The notes below the pieces were generated by a model, which ran no database searches, was not told the origin of the DNA, and saw only the letters and a list, made by a program, of their open reading frames with translations. A stretch of DNA of 64,000 nucleotides from a virus (Duplodnaviria; Caudoviricetes). A program made the position numbers and the translations under genes. Location of the stretch: IMG/VR virus record IMGVR_UViG_3300047323_000477, positions 304 to 64,303 of that record; one strand, 5' to 3'. Positions 18,657-27,997 of the stretch are shown in pieces (position 1 is the stretch's first letter; each line of letters opens with the position of its first letter).

Positions 18657-19297
18657 CGGTTCGCCTCCTTGGCGGATGGATTCGGCAGGCCGGTGATGGT
18701 TGCGATGCTGGAGGCGTCGAGGCTTCCATCGGCAATGAGCGCGTCTGCGAGAGCGATGACGCGGGGCCAGTGACCCCCGAGGCGTCCATCGGCCCGTGAG
18801 CAGACCTGGGTCCAGCCGTCCCACGGGTGGGACAGGAAGCTGAACTCCTGACCGTCCTTCGCGGCGGACTCGACCGCTTTTGCCCGGTCGCTGCGTGCGC
18901 CCCGCTCGATCGACCAGGCTCGTTCGGGTGTCCACGCACCGATCTCGCGAAGCCACCGGTCGGCAGCTCGTTCACCAGCGGCCAGCATGGTGGCGTAGTC
19001 GCTCCACCGGGCGTAGGTGCCGGTGAGAACGGTGTGGAACATGTGCCCCTGATTGCTGGGGGCGAGTTCGGTGGAGTCGACGCCGATCCCGACGACGAGA
19101 GCGGCGACCGCGTGCCCGGCTTCGTGGATAGCTCCGTGCCGTTGGAGAAGGGCACCGTCCTGGAACGGTTCGTAGATGCTGGTCTCGCTGGCCTGTGGGT
19201 GCCATGTCCAGACGCCATCCGTGTTCTCAGTCCATTCGGCGGTGGCGGCACGAATGCTCAACTCGGGCATTGGCTCGCGGGCCTGGTGGTCGGGCAT
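18653..19297 (-). CDS. Stand-alone M41 (FtsH-protease-like) zinc peptidase domain protein
   Basis: AIHEAGHAVAA...MLAAGERA...SD...LADALIADGSL. Confidence 0.75.
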   Translation of the reverse strand: MPDHQAREPMPELSIRAATAEWTENTDGVWTWHPQASETSIYEPFQDGALLQRHGAIHEAGHAVAALVVGIGVDSTELAPSNQGHMFHTVLTGTYARWSDYATMLAAGERAADRWLREIGAWTPERAWSIERGARSDRAKAVESAAKDGQEFSFLSHPWDGWTQVCSRADGRLGGHWPRVIALADALIADGSLDASSIATITGLPNPSAKEANR

Positions 19298-19384
19298 GTG
19301 ACTGCTCCTCGGGAAGGGGGCTCTTTCAGGGTGGCGTGGAATGTGCGCGGTGCTGCCCCCGGTCTGTTGGAGGGTGATGGGTCC

Positions 19385-19415
19385 ACCCTACCTCGAAACC
19401 TATTGCGTACGCCAT
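19385..19415 (-). promoter_or_regulatory. Leftward promoter with 17-bp operator (copy 2)
   Basis: CCTATTGCGTACGCCAT at 19399-19415; minus strand reads TGGCGT-N18-TAGGGT. Confidence 0.55.
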
Positions 19416-19572
19416 GAGAATGCGGGGATTGGTGAGACCCGAAACGTCTCAACTCCCACCCGGAAGCCGCGGGCAGACACGACGACGCCCCCAGCCGTTC
19501 GGCCAGGGGCGGGACTGCGCAGGTACTCGACCCCTACACGATGGCACCGGGGTTACGCCTCACCGAACCGCC

Positions 19573-20439
19573 TCAGTCGCGGGACTGGCCGAGGTGAGCA
19601 TCGAACATGGCGCGGGTGCGTTCCGGCCCGTAGAGGGCCATCTGTTTCTGGATGAAGGCATCGGCGCGTTTCCGAACTTCGTCGAGTTCCTCCGGCATCT
19701 CCACGTGTGCGGGATCGAACGGCTCCTCAACGCCAACCACCGCGGGGAACGGCTCGTCTGCCGTCCCAAGGTCGTATGCACGCACCTCAGGGACGAGCGG
19801 AAGCACGATCATGCGGGATCCCTCCTTCAGGTTCAGCCCGACAGCCGAGGGCGCGTACAGGCTTCCGACCTTCTCGCGCAGGAAGAACGTGGCCGCCTCT
19901 GGCGGGGAGACGATGAACCCCCACCTCTCGTACATGCGGGCTAGATCGTCGTCCCACACGAAGCCGGTCAGCATCCGGCGGCCGCGCTGACGCTCGACGC
20001 TGGCCGCCGCACGAATCAGCTGCCGGCCGATGCCCTGCCCGCGGGACGCAGGCGCCACGACCATAAAGGCCAGGTGCGCACAGACCGCGTTGATTCGGGA
20101 GAACATTGCGCGTTGCATGCCAGCCTGCTGGGCGTACAAGTTCTGGTGCGCTTGCAGCTCAGCCAAGTGTTCGCCCGGCTTCTGGCCGTGGTTGGCGCCC
20201 TGTACCAGCACTGCGCCCATCAGTGTGCGTCGCCGCTCAAAGACCAGCAGGCGGAACGGCTCGGTAAACCGGACCGTGTCGACCCCGCTGTCGAGGAGAC
20301 GGCAGGCCACCGCCAGCTGGATCCGGTCCTGTTCATCCCGGATGACTTCCGTGAGCAGGTCCCGGATGGCGTCGCCTTCTCCGACACGAGCCGGACGTAC
20401 GCCCGACGTTTCCCCTTTGCGCGCCTTGATCCGTCCCAT
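19573..20439 (-). CDS. GNAT-family acetyltransferase
   Basis: MVVAPASRGQGIGRQLI acetyl-CoA motif A; RMYERWGF. Confidence 0.88.
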   Translation of the reverse strand: MGRIKARKGETSGVRPARVGEGDAIRDLLTEVIRDEQDRIQLAVACRLLDSGVDTVRFTEPFRLLVFERRRTLMGAVLVQGANHGQKPGEHLAELQAHQNLYAQQAGMQRAMFSRINAVCAHLAFMVVAPASRGQGIGRQLIRAAASVERQRGRRMLTGFVWDDDLARMYERWGFIVSPPEAATFFLREKVGSLYAPSAVGLNLKEGSRMIVLPLVPEVRAYDLGTADEPFPAVVGVEEPFDPAHVEMPEELDEVRKRADAFIQKQMALYGPERTRAMFDAHLGQSRD

Positions 20440-20532
20440 GTGCGTCTCCTCGGTTCTGGTGGTGTGCAGCGTTGCTAGGTGCGGCTGCGCCCCGGACCAG
20501 TCTGTCGGTCCGGGGCGCAGCGAGGGTCGGGG

Positions 20533-21165
20533 TTACCGGGGCTTGAGCGGCTCGCATCCGCTGATGCTGACGACTCCGTCGGCCTTCTTCAGCGTGATGA
20601 TGATCCGCTCGTCTGCGTTGGCGGACTTGAGCTGCGGGAACACCGAATCGCTGGTCGGCTCGGTCGAGACCATGCACACCTCGAAGATTCCCTTTTCTGC
20701 GCCGGGCGTCGTGTACGTGCCTGCGGGGATGTCCTCGCCGACGACGTAGTCCCCGTTCGCGTACTGCTTCGGCTTCGGTGCGGCCGGCTTGGGCTTGGCG
20801 GGGGCCTTCTCCTTTTGGGTGGGGGCGGCCGGCTTGTCGTCGGTCTTCTCGGCGGGCTTGGCGTCGACCTTGGCGGGTGTGCTGGCCGCGGTGTCCGTGC
20901 TGTTGCTGCTCGAGTCTTCACCACCACCCGCAGCGATCCCGACGACGACGAAGAACAGGAACACACCGCCGACGATGCTGATCGCCTTGTGGCGGGCGAA
21001 CCACGACTTCTTCGGCGGGACCGGGCCGCCAGGGTAGCCGGCCGGGGCGCCGTAGAACGGCTGCTGCGGCTGTCCGGGGTAGGGCTGCTGGCCCGGGTAC
21101 GGCTGACCCTGGTACTGCGGCTGCTGCGGCTGCTGGTTCGGGTTGTACGGGTCCTGCTGGGACAC
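20533..21165 (-). CDS. Membrane-anchored surface protein
   Basis: Gln/Pro/Tyr-rich N-terminus; one TM helix; C-terminal GDYVVGEDIPAGTY domain. Confidence 0.8.
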   Translation of the reverse strand: MSQQDPYNPNQQPQQPQYQGQPYPGQQPYPGQPQQPFYGAPAGYPGGPVPPKKSWFARHKAISIVGGVFLFFVVVGIAAGGGEDSSSNSTDTAASTPAKVDAKPAEKTDDKPAAPTQKEKAPAKPKPAAPKPKQYANGDYVVGEDIPAGTYTTPGAEKGIFEVCMVSTEPTSDSVFPQLKSANADERIIITLKKADGVVSISGCEPLKPR

Positions 21166-21286
21166 GAGTGTGGCCTCCTGATGGGGCGAGCGGGGACGTG
21201 ACGTGGGGGTGCTGCGGTAGGGCGTGGGGGATGCGCGTAGGGGCGCAGGCGTGGAACGTGCGGGGAGAAGCGGGGACGGGGCGGGG

Positions 21287-21910
21287 TCAGCCCAGCGAGC
21301 CGGCGAACGCGCCGGACGTGGCCTCCTCAGCCGACAGCTGGATCTTCCCGCGGTGGGAGATCTCCACCTGGTAGAAGTCCTGGTCGCCTGGAACGTCCGG
21401 CACAGACACGTCGTACGTGCACGTTCCGGCGGCCCGATCGAACTCCGACAACACCAGCTCACTCGTCGCGATGACGGCACCCGCGGCGTCGTACACGGTC
21501 ACCGAGGTGCCGAGCCCGATGTCGTCGTACCCGCCGGACCCTTGACATCCACCGGTGCCGTCGTCGATCGCACCGTCGGTCAGGACGAACTCGCCGTTCA
21601 GCGTGAACGTGCCGTCCGGGGCGGCCTCGACGGCGGCCGGCTTCCCGTCCGCGGTGATGCTGCTGCCGCCGTTGTCGCCGTGGTCTCGGCTGGTGGAGTA
21701 CCAGGTGCCTCCGACGATCGCAGCACCGGCAATAGCGCCTATGAGCAGCGTGGTGAGGGTGCGTCGGGTGCTGGGCTTCCCGGCGGGCGTGGCCGCGGTG
21801 GGCGGTGCGGCCGGCATCGGCGGAACATCCGGGCCGGGCGTGGAGTCGGTGGTGGGGCTGGGGGTGGTCGGCTGCTCGCCGTCGGCCCAGGAGGGCACAG
21901 AGTCGGTCAT
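21287..21910 (-). CDS. Membrane-anchored protein
   Basis: TM helix; CQGSGGYDDIGLGTSVTVYD...FYQVEISHRG domain. Confidence 0.78.
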   Translation of the reverse strand: MTDSVPSWADGEQPTTPSPTTDSTPGPDVPPMPAAPPTAATPAGKPSTRRTLTTLLIGAIAGAAIVGGTWYSTSRDHGDNGGSSITADGKPAAVEAAPDGTFTLNGEFVLTDGAIDDGTGGCQGSGGYDDIGLGTSVTVYDAAGAVIATSELVLSEFDRAAGTCTYDVSVPDVPGDQDFYQVEISHRGKIQLSAEEATSGAFAGSLG

Positions 21911-22079
21911 AGACCTGCCTGTCGTGAGGGTCTGCCGGTGGTGGGGGCACGACGGCATCATGTGGATGATTTGTGTGACAACCGTGGAGCTCCGGTGGTT
22001 GCAGTGGGTGGGGGTGATTTCCGGAGCGTCGGGTTGCCGGCCTGCCGGGGAGTCCTGGCGGCGTCTTGGCGCATCACCC

Positions 22080-22112
22080 ACGCTACCCGTTTGTCATGGC
22101 GTACGCAATAGG
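22080..22112 (-). promoter_or_regulatory. Leftward promoter with 17-bp operator (copy 3)
   Basis: Reverse complement of CCTATTGCGTACGCCAT at 22096-22112; TTGCGT-N17-TAGCGT. Confidence 0.65.
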
Positions 22113-22189
22113 CAACGGGTGTGGGGCAGACACGACAACGCCCCGGACCCGAGTGCAGGTCCAGGGCGCGTACTCCACGTGCGCAAAGC

Positions 22190-22612
22190 CTACGGCGCTT
22201 GTTCCGACGGCTTCGTATCGGCTTCCTTCGCCAAACGGCCCGTCAGCAACGTTGCCGCGGTCAGACCGTGAATGTGGACATCGCCAAGCTTCAAGGCCTG
22301 CTCCAGCTCGCGCGCCAACACCGCCACTTCGGACTCCACGCACTCACCGCCCGGACCGGGATGCCAGTCGTGCTTCCGGGCAGCAACTTCCTGCTCCGCC
22401 TTGGGGAACGGCTCTCCGTCCCTCGGCCGGGGGACCTGCCCGCCGTTGTAGTAGGCCAGGACGGCCGTCTTGAGCAGAAGCTGTTGCTGCTGAACCTTCC
22501 ACAGGCACAGCTCCACGATCTCCCGGAGTTCCTTCGGCGAGGCGCACGCCTGCGCCTTGTCGATCTCAGCCTCCCAGGCCAGTTCTGCTGCGGGGCGGGG
22601 CTTCTGGTCCAT
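22190..22612 (-). CDS. Hypothetical protein
   Basis: ATG at 22612 with AAGGA RBS. Confidence 0.6.
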   Translation of the reverse strand: MDQKPRPAAELAWEAEIDKAQACASPKELREIVELCLWKVQQQQLLLKTAVLAYYNGGQVPRPRDGEPFPKAEQEVAARKHDWHPGPGGECVESEVAVLARELEQALKLGDVHIHGLTAATLLTGRLAKEADTKPSEQAP

Positions 22613-22730
22613 GAAGATCCTTGTCTGTAGATGCTGCGCCCGGCCTGCCCGGGCAGGCCAGTGGTCTGGGGTGATGTTCGTCCGGCCGCCCCAGACCAAT
22701 CTGTTCGGACCGGGGCGCAGGGCGGGTGGG

Positions 22731-23450
22731 CTACGAAGCGAGGCCCTTGTCGTTGTGGACATGCCGGGCCCGCGGACTGCCGGAAAACGTGGCGGACTGG
22801 CCGGCAGGGGCGCTACGCATGACCCGCTCCGCCTGCGCCCGGCGGGACTCCTCGTCACTGACGGGCTGCACGTCGGTCCAGTAGACGTCAAGCATGGAGC
22901 GAAGCGAAACCATCTTGCTGTCCGGGCCAAGCGGCACGCGGATGCGGTCCAGGGCCTGCCACAGCTCGTAGTCGTGTTGCTCGGCCACGCCGCCAATCCG
23001 CGCGTGGGCCACCTGGTGCCTCTGCAGAGCATGGGCCAACTCGCGCAGGCGTTCCCGCATGTCCTGGGCGGTCTGATGGTTCGTCGCCCGGTTGATGTTC
23101 CGCTTCGTTTCGTTCACCACGGCCAGCGCGTTCTGCATAGTGCGCCCGAAGTTCGTCGCCCGCCGCCGACGCTCCTCGTACTCAGTCTGCGCCGCGGCCA
23201 AGGACTTCCACCCGCGGTGCCCGAGCGCCCGGCATTCCCGCCGGAACGCTTCGTGCTCGTCGCGCCGCTTGATGATGCCGCCCATGTTCCGTTGGTACAG
23301 CGTCGTCAGGGTGTCGCGGGTTCGGTCGATCAAGCCGGGATCAGTGAGCGCGGCCCAGACCTCAGCATCCCGGTTCGGCGGGTGTGCGTTGGCGATGATG
23401 ACGCGCTCGAACTGCGAGTCCTCGAGGTTGGCGAGTTCCTGTACGTCCAT
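22731..23450 (-). CDS. Hypothetical helical protein
   Basis: RBS GGAGG before the ATG at 23450. Confidence 0.72.
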   Translation of the reverse strand: MDVQELANLEDSQFERVIIANAHPPNRDAEVWAALTDPGLIDRTRDTLTTLYQRNMGGIIKRRDEHEAFRRECRALGHRGWKSLAAAQTEYEERRRRATNFGRTMQNALAVVNETKRNINRATNHQTAQDMRERLRELAHALQRHQVAHARIGGVAEQHDYELWQALDRIRVPLGPDSKMVSLRSMLDVYWTDVQPVSDEESRRAQAERVMRSAPAGQSATFSGSPRARHVHNDKGLAS

Positions 23451-23586
23451 CTGGCGGCCTCCGAGCCGTGGTGGGCGTTCTCCTGCCTCCATGATGACGG
23501 GCACCACTGACAATCCGACCAGAACACCGCAACGCCCCCAACCCGGCATCGGGCAAGGGGCGTTGTGCTCAGGCGTGTGGTGCTGT

Positions 23587-24012
23587 CTAGATCTCCTGTA
23601 CGTACGAGGGGTAGTCGTCCCCCCAGTTGTGGCTCTCTCGAACGGCCGAAGACACGCGGTCTCGAACGTTCAGCACGTCGAACGAAGCTCGCTCCCACAT
23701 GCCGCTCGGGCCGTGTCCGCGGCTTCCCTCGGCAAAGTGGGCGACGGTTTGCAATGCCGGGCAGAAGGAGTCCAGGCCATAGAAGAGAGCCTCTCCAAGT
23801 TCGTCCAGATCCGCATGGGTGTGGGTAATCGACGCGTTCAGGGACCGCGCGACAGCAGACATCCCGGCCGAGCACACGATTCCAGCGTCGCGAGGCGACA
23901 GAGGGCTGGCCTTGCCGCGGTCGGGTAGCAGTAGACGTTCGATGAGCTCTGCTCGCTGGTTCGGGGTCAGGTCCTTGAGGAGCTGCTCCGCAAGGGCTTT
24001 GAGGTCGTCCAT
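23587..24012 (-). CDS. Hypothetical protein
   Basis: RBS GGAGAG; 141 aa. Confidence 0.65.
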   Translation of the reverse strand: MDDLKALAEQLLKDLTPNQRAELIERLLLPDRGKASPLSPRDAGIVCSAGMSAVARSLNASITHTHADLDELGEALFYGLDSFCPALQTVAHFAEGSRGHGPSGMWERASFDVLNVRDRVSSAVRESHNWGDDYPSYVQEI

Positions 24013-24075
24013 TTGAGCTCTCTCCCAGGTTGTTGCCGTATGGCGGGGCCGGCTCGCGGCCCCGCCAATGGTCAG

Positions 24076-25566
24076 TCAGAACGGGGCGTTGTTGCAGTAC
24101 GCGTCGACCTGCTCGGGGGTGCCGTACTGCGCGGCAAACTGCGCCCTGAGGCGGGCCGTCTCCTCCGCGTCGTCGACGTCCCGCCGGCACCTGGGGCACA
24201 TCGTGTCGTCGCTGTCCTTGGCGATCGGATCACCGCAGGAGCAGTCGCGGAAAGGCCGGTGGACCCGCTGTTCGGGCAACTCCGACGCTGCGCTGTCATC
24301 GTGCGACTCGGCGGCCTGGGCCCGGCGCTGCGCCGTACGGGCCGCGAGACGCTCCGGGCACGTCTGGCACTCCTGGTTCGTATCGACGTCCACTCCGGCC
24401 TCGCACCGCGGGTTCGCACACCCGTACCGATCCCCGGACTTCAGTGGCCGAACCATGGCAACAGCAGCACCGACAAGGGAGTCAATGCCCCCGGCGTAGA
24501 ACTTTGACGCCCAGCCGTGGTGGTTCCATCGCTGATGGATACGAGCACCCAGCTGCTCCACCGTCCGGTCCGCACCCGGCACGTCGCCTGCGAGGGCGTC
24601 CAGGATCACTTGCGACAGCGTCGGGACGTTCGGCAGCGGGTCGATGTGCTCACCCGTCTGCGGGTCCGTCCAGCCGGTCAGGACGTGCTCGGGGAAGTGC
24701 GCCCGCACCGAAGCAACCAGAGTCAGCTGCTCCCGGGTGTGCTTCGTCTTGTTGCTGCCGCTTTTCTGCCCTCGAGCCGGCCGGTCGGTGCCGTCGTGCT
24801 GGGGAGAGGAGGGGCTGGTCTTGCTGGACGCGGCGCAGCCGCCTTCAGCCTCGCGCACGCTACTACCGTCAGAGGGCCTACGGCCGTCCCCAGCGCTACG
24901 CGCTGCAAGCGCATCCCCACCGGTAGCCGTACCAAAAGAAGGAACCAGAGGGACTTCGCGTTCCGGCTGGTCAGCGCCCGGATCCGGGTCGCAATTCGAA
25001 CCCCGCGGGTCGGAATTCAAACCCGCCGGGTCGGAATTCCGACCCGCATCAGTCTCCGGGGAGCTCCTGTCACCGCCCGGGTCGGAATTCCGACCCGCAG
25101 CCTTCTCGGCCTCCATCCGGTTGATGTAGGAGAGCTTGACCTCGGCGTTCCGCCACCCCGAGTAGCCCTCCGCGGGCATGTCGTTGATGCGGATCCGGAT
25201 CGGCCTCTGAGCCGCCCCAGCACGAGACGACGTCTTCACGGGGCCTCCCTCGGGCGTGGAGATCAGGCCGGCCCCCGAGAGGCCCGTGATGATGCTCCGG
25301 ACTCGGGTCAGGCTGCTGGGCTTCCCGTTCGGACCGGGAATGAGTTCGCAGAGGACGGTCAGAGTCAGCTTCCGGACCGGGTTCTTGTACTTCTCGAGCA
25401 CCAAGGCGCGCAGGATGATGTATCCGCGGACGTCCGGGTCGCGGAGACCAGGGCAGAGGGCGATCCAGTCGTGGACCCGGGTGGTGTACCAGCCGTCGTT
25501 TTCGGGTCCGTAGAGCTCCACCGGGGTCGCGCCCTCGGGGCCGTACTGGAACTGGTCGGCGCTCAC
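24076..25566 (-). CDS. Phage replication initiator protein (N-terminal wHTH, C-terminal Zn fingers)
   Basis: wHTH-like N-terminus; internal iterons as in lambda O-type initiators; C-terminal Cys clusters; ends ...NAPF. Confidence 0.78.
   Translation of the reverse strand: MSADQFQYGPEGATPVELYGPENDGWYTTRVHDWIALCPGLRDPDVRGYIILRALVLEKYKNPVRKLTLTVLCELIPGPNGKPSSLTRVRSIITGLSGAGLISTPEGGPVKTSSRAGAAQRPIRIRINDMPAEGYSGWRNAEVKLSYINRMEAEKAAGRNSDPGGDRSSPETDAGRNSDPAGLNSDPRGSNCDPDPGADQPEREVPLVPSFGTATGGDALAARSAGDGRRPSDGSSVREAEGGCAASSKTSPSSPQHDGTDRPARGQKSGSNKTKHTREQLTLVASVRAHFPEHVLTGWTDPQTGEHIDPLPNVPTLSQVILDALAGDVPGADRTVEQLGARIHQRWNHHGWASKFYAGGIDSLVGAAVAMVRPLKSGDRYGCANPRCEAGVDVDTNQECQTCPERLAARTAQRRAQAAESHDDSAASELPEQRVHRPFRDCSCGDPIAKDSDDTMCPRCRRDVDDAEETARLRAQFAAQYGTPEQVDAYCNNAPF
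24986..25096. repeat. Four 18-bp palindromic iterons (putative replication origin)
   Basis: GGGTCGGAATTCCGACCC, perfect at 25028 and 25079, variant at 24986 and 25007; spacing 21, 21 and 51 bp. Confidence 0.85.
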
Positions 25567-25786
25567 AGGATCACTCCAGCCGTACGGAGGATCACGGAGC
25601 GTGCGCTTGCGGTGGTACTGGTTGCTACGGGTACCCTCACGGGGACACCTGTTCTTTCGTGAGTGGTGTGTCTGTCGCAGCGGGGTGCAACCCGCTGTAG
25701 TGCTTGGACGGCCGGTGGAGCTGCGATCCGCCGGCCGTTCGTGCGTCCCGGGCTACCTCGAGTCCGGGCCTGGCCCACTAAGGGGC

Positions 25787-26086
25787 TCACTGCGCGCTAC
25801 CCGAGTCGGGCGCCTGCTTTTGGCTGGCCAGAGGGTGCTCTCGGAAGAAGTCCAGGAACGGGTCGGTCTCCATGACCGTGGCGTTGGCGACCGGCCAATA
25901 CCGGTGCGCGCGGCCTTCGCCGAACGGCCAGTCAGGGTGGTGCTCGGCGATGTACCGGATGCCCTGATGGGTGATCTTCTCGACGATGCGCAGCTCCATG
26001 AGCAGAAGCGCGCCGCTCTGGAAAGTCACGACGGGGGGCAGGGGAATGTTTTTCGGGTCGCCCCGTTGGGCGCTAGTGAAGCTCAC
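25787..26086 (-). CDS. Small DNA-binding protein (excisionase/AlpA-like)
   Basis: VVTFQSGA...ITHQGIRYIAEHHPDWPF; position next to rep. Confidence 0.6.
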   Translation of the reverse strand: MSFTSAQRGDPKNIPLPPVVTFQSGALLLMELRIVEKITHQGIRYIAEHHPDWPFGEGRAHRYWPVANATVMETDPFLDFFREHPLASQKQAPDSGSAQ

Positions 26087-26234
26087 TAGTAGGCTCCCTT
26101 ATGTGAACAGCTCTTCGCGGGGTTGGTCACTGCTGCCGACTTCGCAGGTCGGTGGTGCATAGGACGGCCGGGTGGGGTCTGTAGCCCCTCCGGCCGTTCG
26201 TGCGTTCAGGCTGGCTTGCCTGGCGCTCGCGCGG

Positions 26235-26534
26235 CTAACGGATCATGCTTGCTGCTGCCGCCCGGATCGTCACGAACGGGCCTTGCGGAACGGCGCCGCC
26301 CGACGGGCAGGCGAACCAATTGTGTAGAGCGACGTCCGCGTCCGTGCCGGATCGGACCTGACCGATGAGCTGGCCGTTGAACGAGACCAGGAACGGTCCC
26401 AGCTGCTCCGACTCGTCGACGCAGGCGTACGCCAGGCCCGGCTTGGACTTCAGGGTGGCGATGACCTCTTCCCGACGGACCGCTTCGACTGCACGGTCCA
26501 GCTCCAGCTGAGCTGCTGATGGTTGGTCGCTCAT
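26235..26534 (-). CDS. Hypothetical protein
   Basis: RBS AAAGGA; ATGA coupling to the GntR gene. Confidence 0.65.
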   Translation of the reverse strand: MSDQPSAAQLELDRAVEAVRREEVIATLKSKPGLAYACVDESEQLGPFLVSFNGQLIGQVRSGTDADVALHNWFACPSGGAVPQGPFVTIRAAAASMIR

Positions 26535-27301
26535 GGACGGTCCTTTCGGGGTAGCGGCAACGCCTCGTACGACAACTCCATTCGGTCGCCCGCGGCAACT
26601 ACACGCAGTAGCTCGATGGGGCGGCCAGAGTCACTACGGCTGATCCTCTCAATGGTGAGCACGGGTAGGGAAACCCCTGTGCCGAGCTGCGCTCCTTCCT
26701 CCTTCGTTGGCATGCGGGCAGCAACCCGTTCATCTGCCTCAACAGCCGCCATTCCAGCGGCGGCGAGGGCGCGATAGACGCCACCGTCGACCTTGCCCGG
26801 TCGGTCCAGGCCGGCCGCTACGGCGACATCGAGCGGGTACCAGGCGTGCTGGATCTGCACGACCTGTTGCTCAATGAGCGCTTCCCGGCGCCGGCATACG
26901 AGGTCGTTCTCCGACTCCAGCCCCAACAGGGCGGCCACGTCTGGATCACGTACCTGTTCCACGGTGACCGTCTTCATCACGCCTTCGAGGCCCTGAGCCT
27001 TGCAAGCGGCCTCGAACGGCCCCAGTTGCCCATCGGACTCGATGGATCCTTTGTATCGGCTGAGCGGGATGCGCACCTTGCGCCTGTCCCGTACGACCGT
27101 TCCGTACCGCCGTCGAGCGACGACCAGCCCCTCCTGCACGAGCACATCCACCGCAGTTCGAACTGTCTGCTTGGACGCGCTGAACCGATCCATCAGGTCG
27201 GTGGTGTGGGGCAGCAAGCTCCCGGGCGGGAGATCGCCACTCTCGATCTGATCGCGCAGTGCGTCCGCGATGTCGCGGTACATCGGCTGGGTCTTCGGCA
27301 T
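26531..27301 (-). CDS. GntR/HutC-family repressor (KorSA/KorA-like, wHTH plus UTRA)
   Basis: YRDIADALRDQIESGDLPPGSLLP...TVRTAVDVLVQEGLV; UTRA domain ARMPT..E; divergent from the transfer operon as for pSAM2 korSA. Confidence 0.92.
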   Translation of the reverse strand: MPKTQPMYRDIADALRDQIESGDLPPGSLLPHTTDLMDRFSASKQTVRTAVDVLVQEGLVVARRRYGTVVRDRRKVRIPLSRYKGSIESDGQLGPFEAACKAQGLEGVMKTVTVEQVRDPDVAALLGLESENDLVCRRREALIEQQVVQIQHAWYPLDVAVAAGLDRPGKVDGGVYRALAAAGMAAVEADERVAARMPTKEEGAQLGTGVSLPVLTIERISRSDSGRPIELLRVVAAGDRMELSYEALPLPRKDRP

Positions 27302-27329
27302 ATGAACCTCCTTCCTGCTTAGTCAGCAT

Positions 27330-27376
27330 TATTCCTGGGACTAAGCTTGACATGCAAGTCTAGTCCTAGGAATATT
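27330..27376. promoter_or_regulatory. Divergent promoter region with palindromic operator
   Basis: TATTCCTGGGACTA...TAGTCCTAGGAATA inverted repeat enclosing TTGACA (27347) with AATATT 18 nt downstream; AT-rich. Confidence 0.75.
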
Positions 27377-27481
27377 AGAAGTGTCCTCATCGCCTCACGG
27401 CATGAGAACGGCCCCCGGTGGTTGGACACCGGAGGCCGCGTTACAGACCCACCCGCCTGCCATAACAGGAGGTTGATCCGC

Positions 27482-27997
27482 GTGAACAAGCCTAGCGGGC
27501 TCACCGGACACACCGCACATACCCCCGACAGGGACCTGCCGAGCAGCGAGTTCCTCGCCGGCCTCGTTCAGCGCCTGTCCCGCCCCGACAACGCCACCCG
27601 CACCTTCACCCCCGACACGCTTCGCACCGTGCTCCTCATGAGCGCCCGCCTCACCCACGAGTGCGCGAAGTACAACCGGGACGCCTCCCAGGCCTGGCAC
27701 GAGAACCGGCACGGGAACTACCACACGAAGGACGCCCGGACCCGGGCTATCCGCGACGCCAACGACCTTGCCGACTACGCGTGGGACGAAGCGACCCGCG
27801 ATGCCGAGGCCGCCTACGCGCTCCTCGTGACCCCGGACGTCATGGCCATCACCGCGGCCGACCTGGTGGACAGCCTGACCGCCGACGAGGCGCTGCGCCG
27901 CACCGTCGCCGACCCGACCGTCCGACCGCGCCGGCTGATCGCCGCCGGTATCAAGCGCGGCAGCGGCCAGCTCGTCGTCAAGGCGGTGGCGGCATGA
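27482..27997 (+). CDS. Hypothetical protein, first gene of the transfer operon
   Basis: RBS AGGAGG before the GTG at 27482. Confidence 0.72.
   Translation: MNKPSGLTGHTAHTPDRDLPSSEFLAGLVQRLSRPDNATRTFTPDTLRTVLLMSARLTHECAKYNRDASQAWHENRHGNYHTKDARTRAIRDANDLADYAWDEATRDAEAAYALLVTPDVMAITAADLVDSLTADEALRRTVADPTVRPRRLIAAGIKRGSGQLVVKAVAA

Noticed and set aside
24986-25096. CRISPR-like reading of the palindromic repeats
   Set aside because: Gaps between repeats are 3, 3 and 33 bp, the repeats lie within a CDS, and there are no cas genes; iterons fit better
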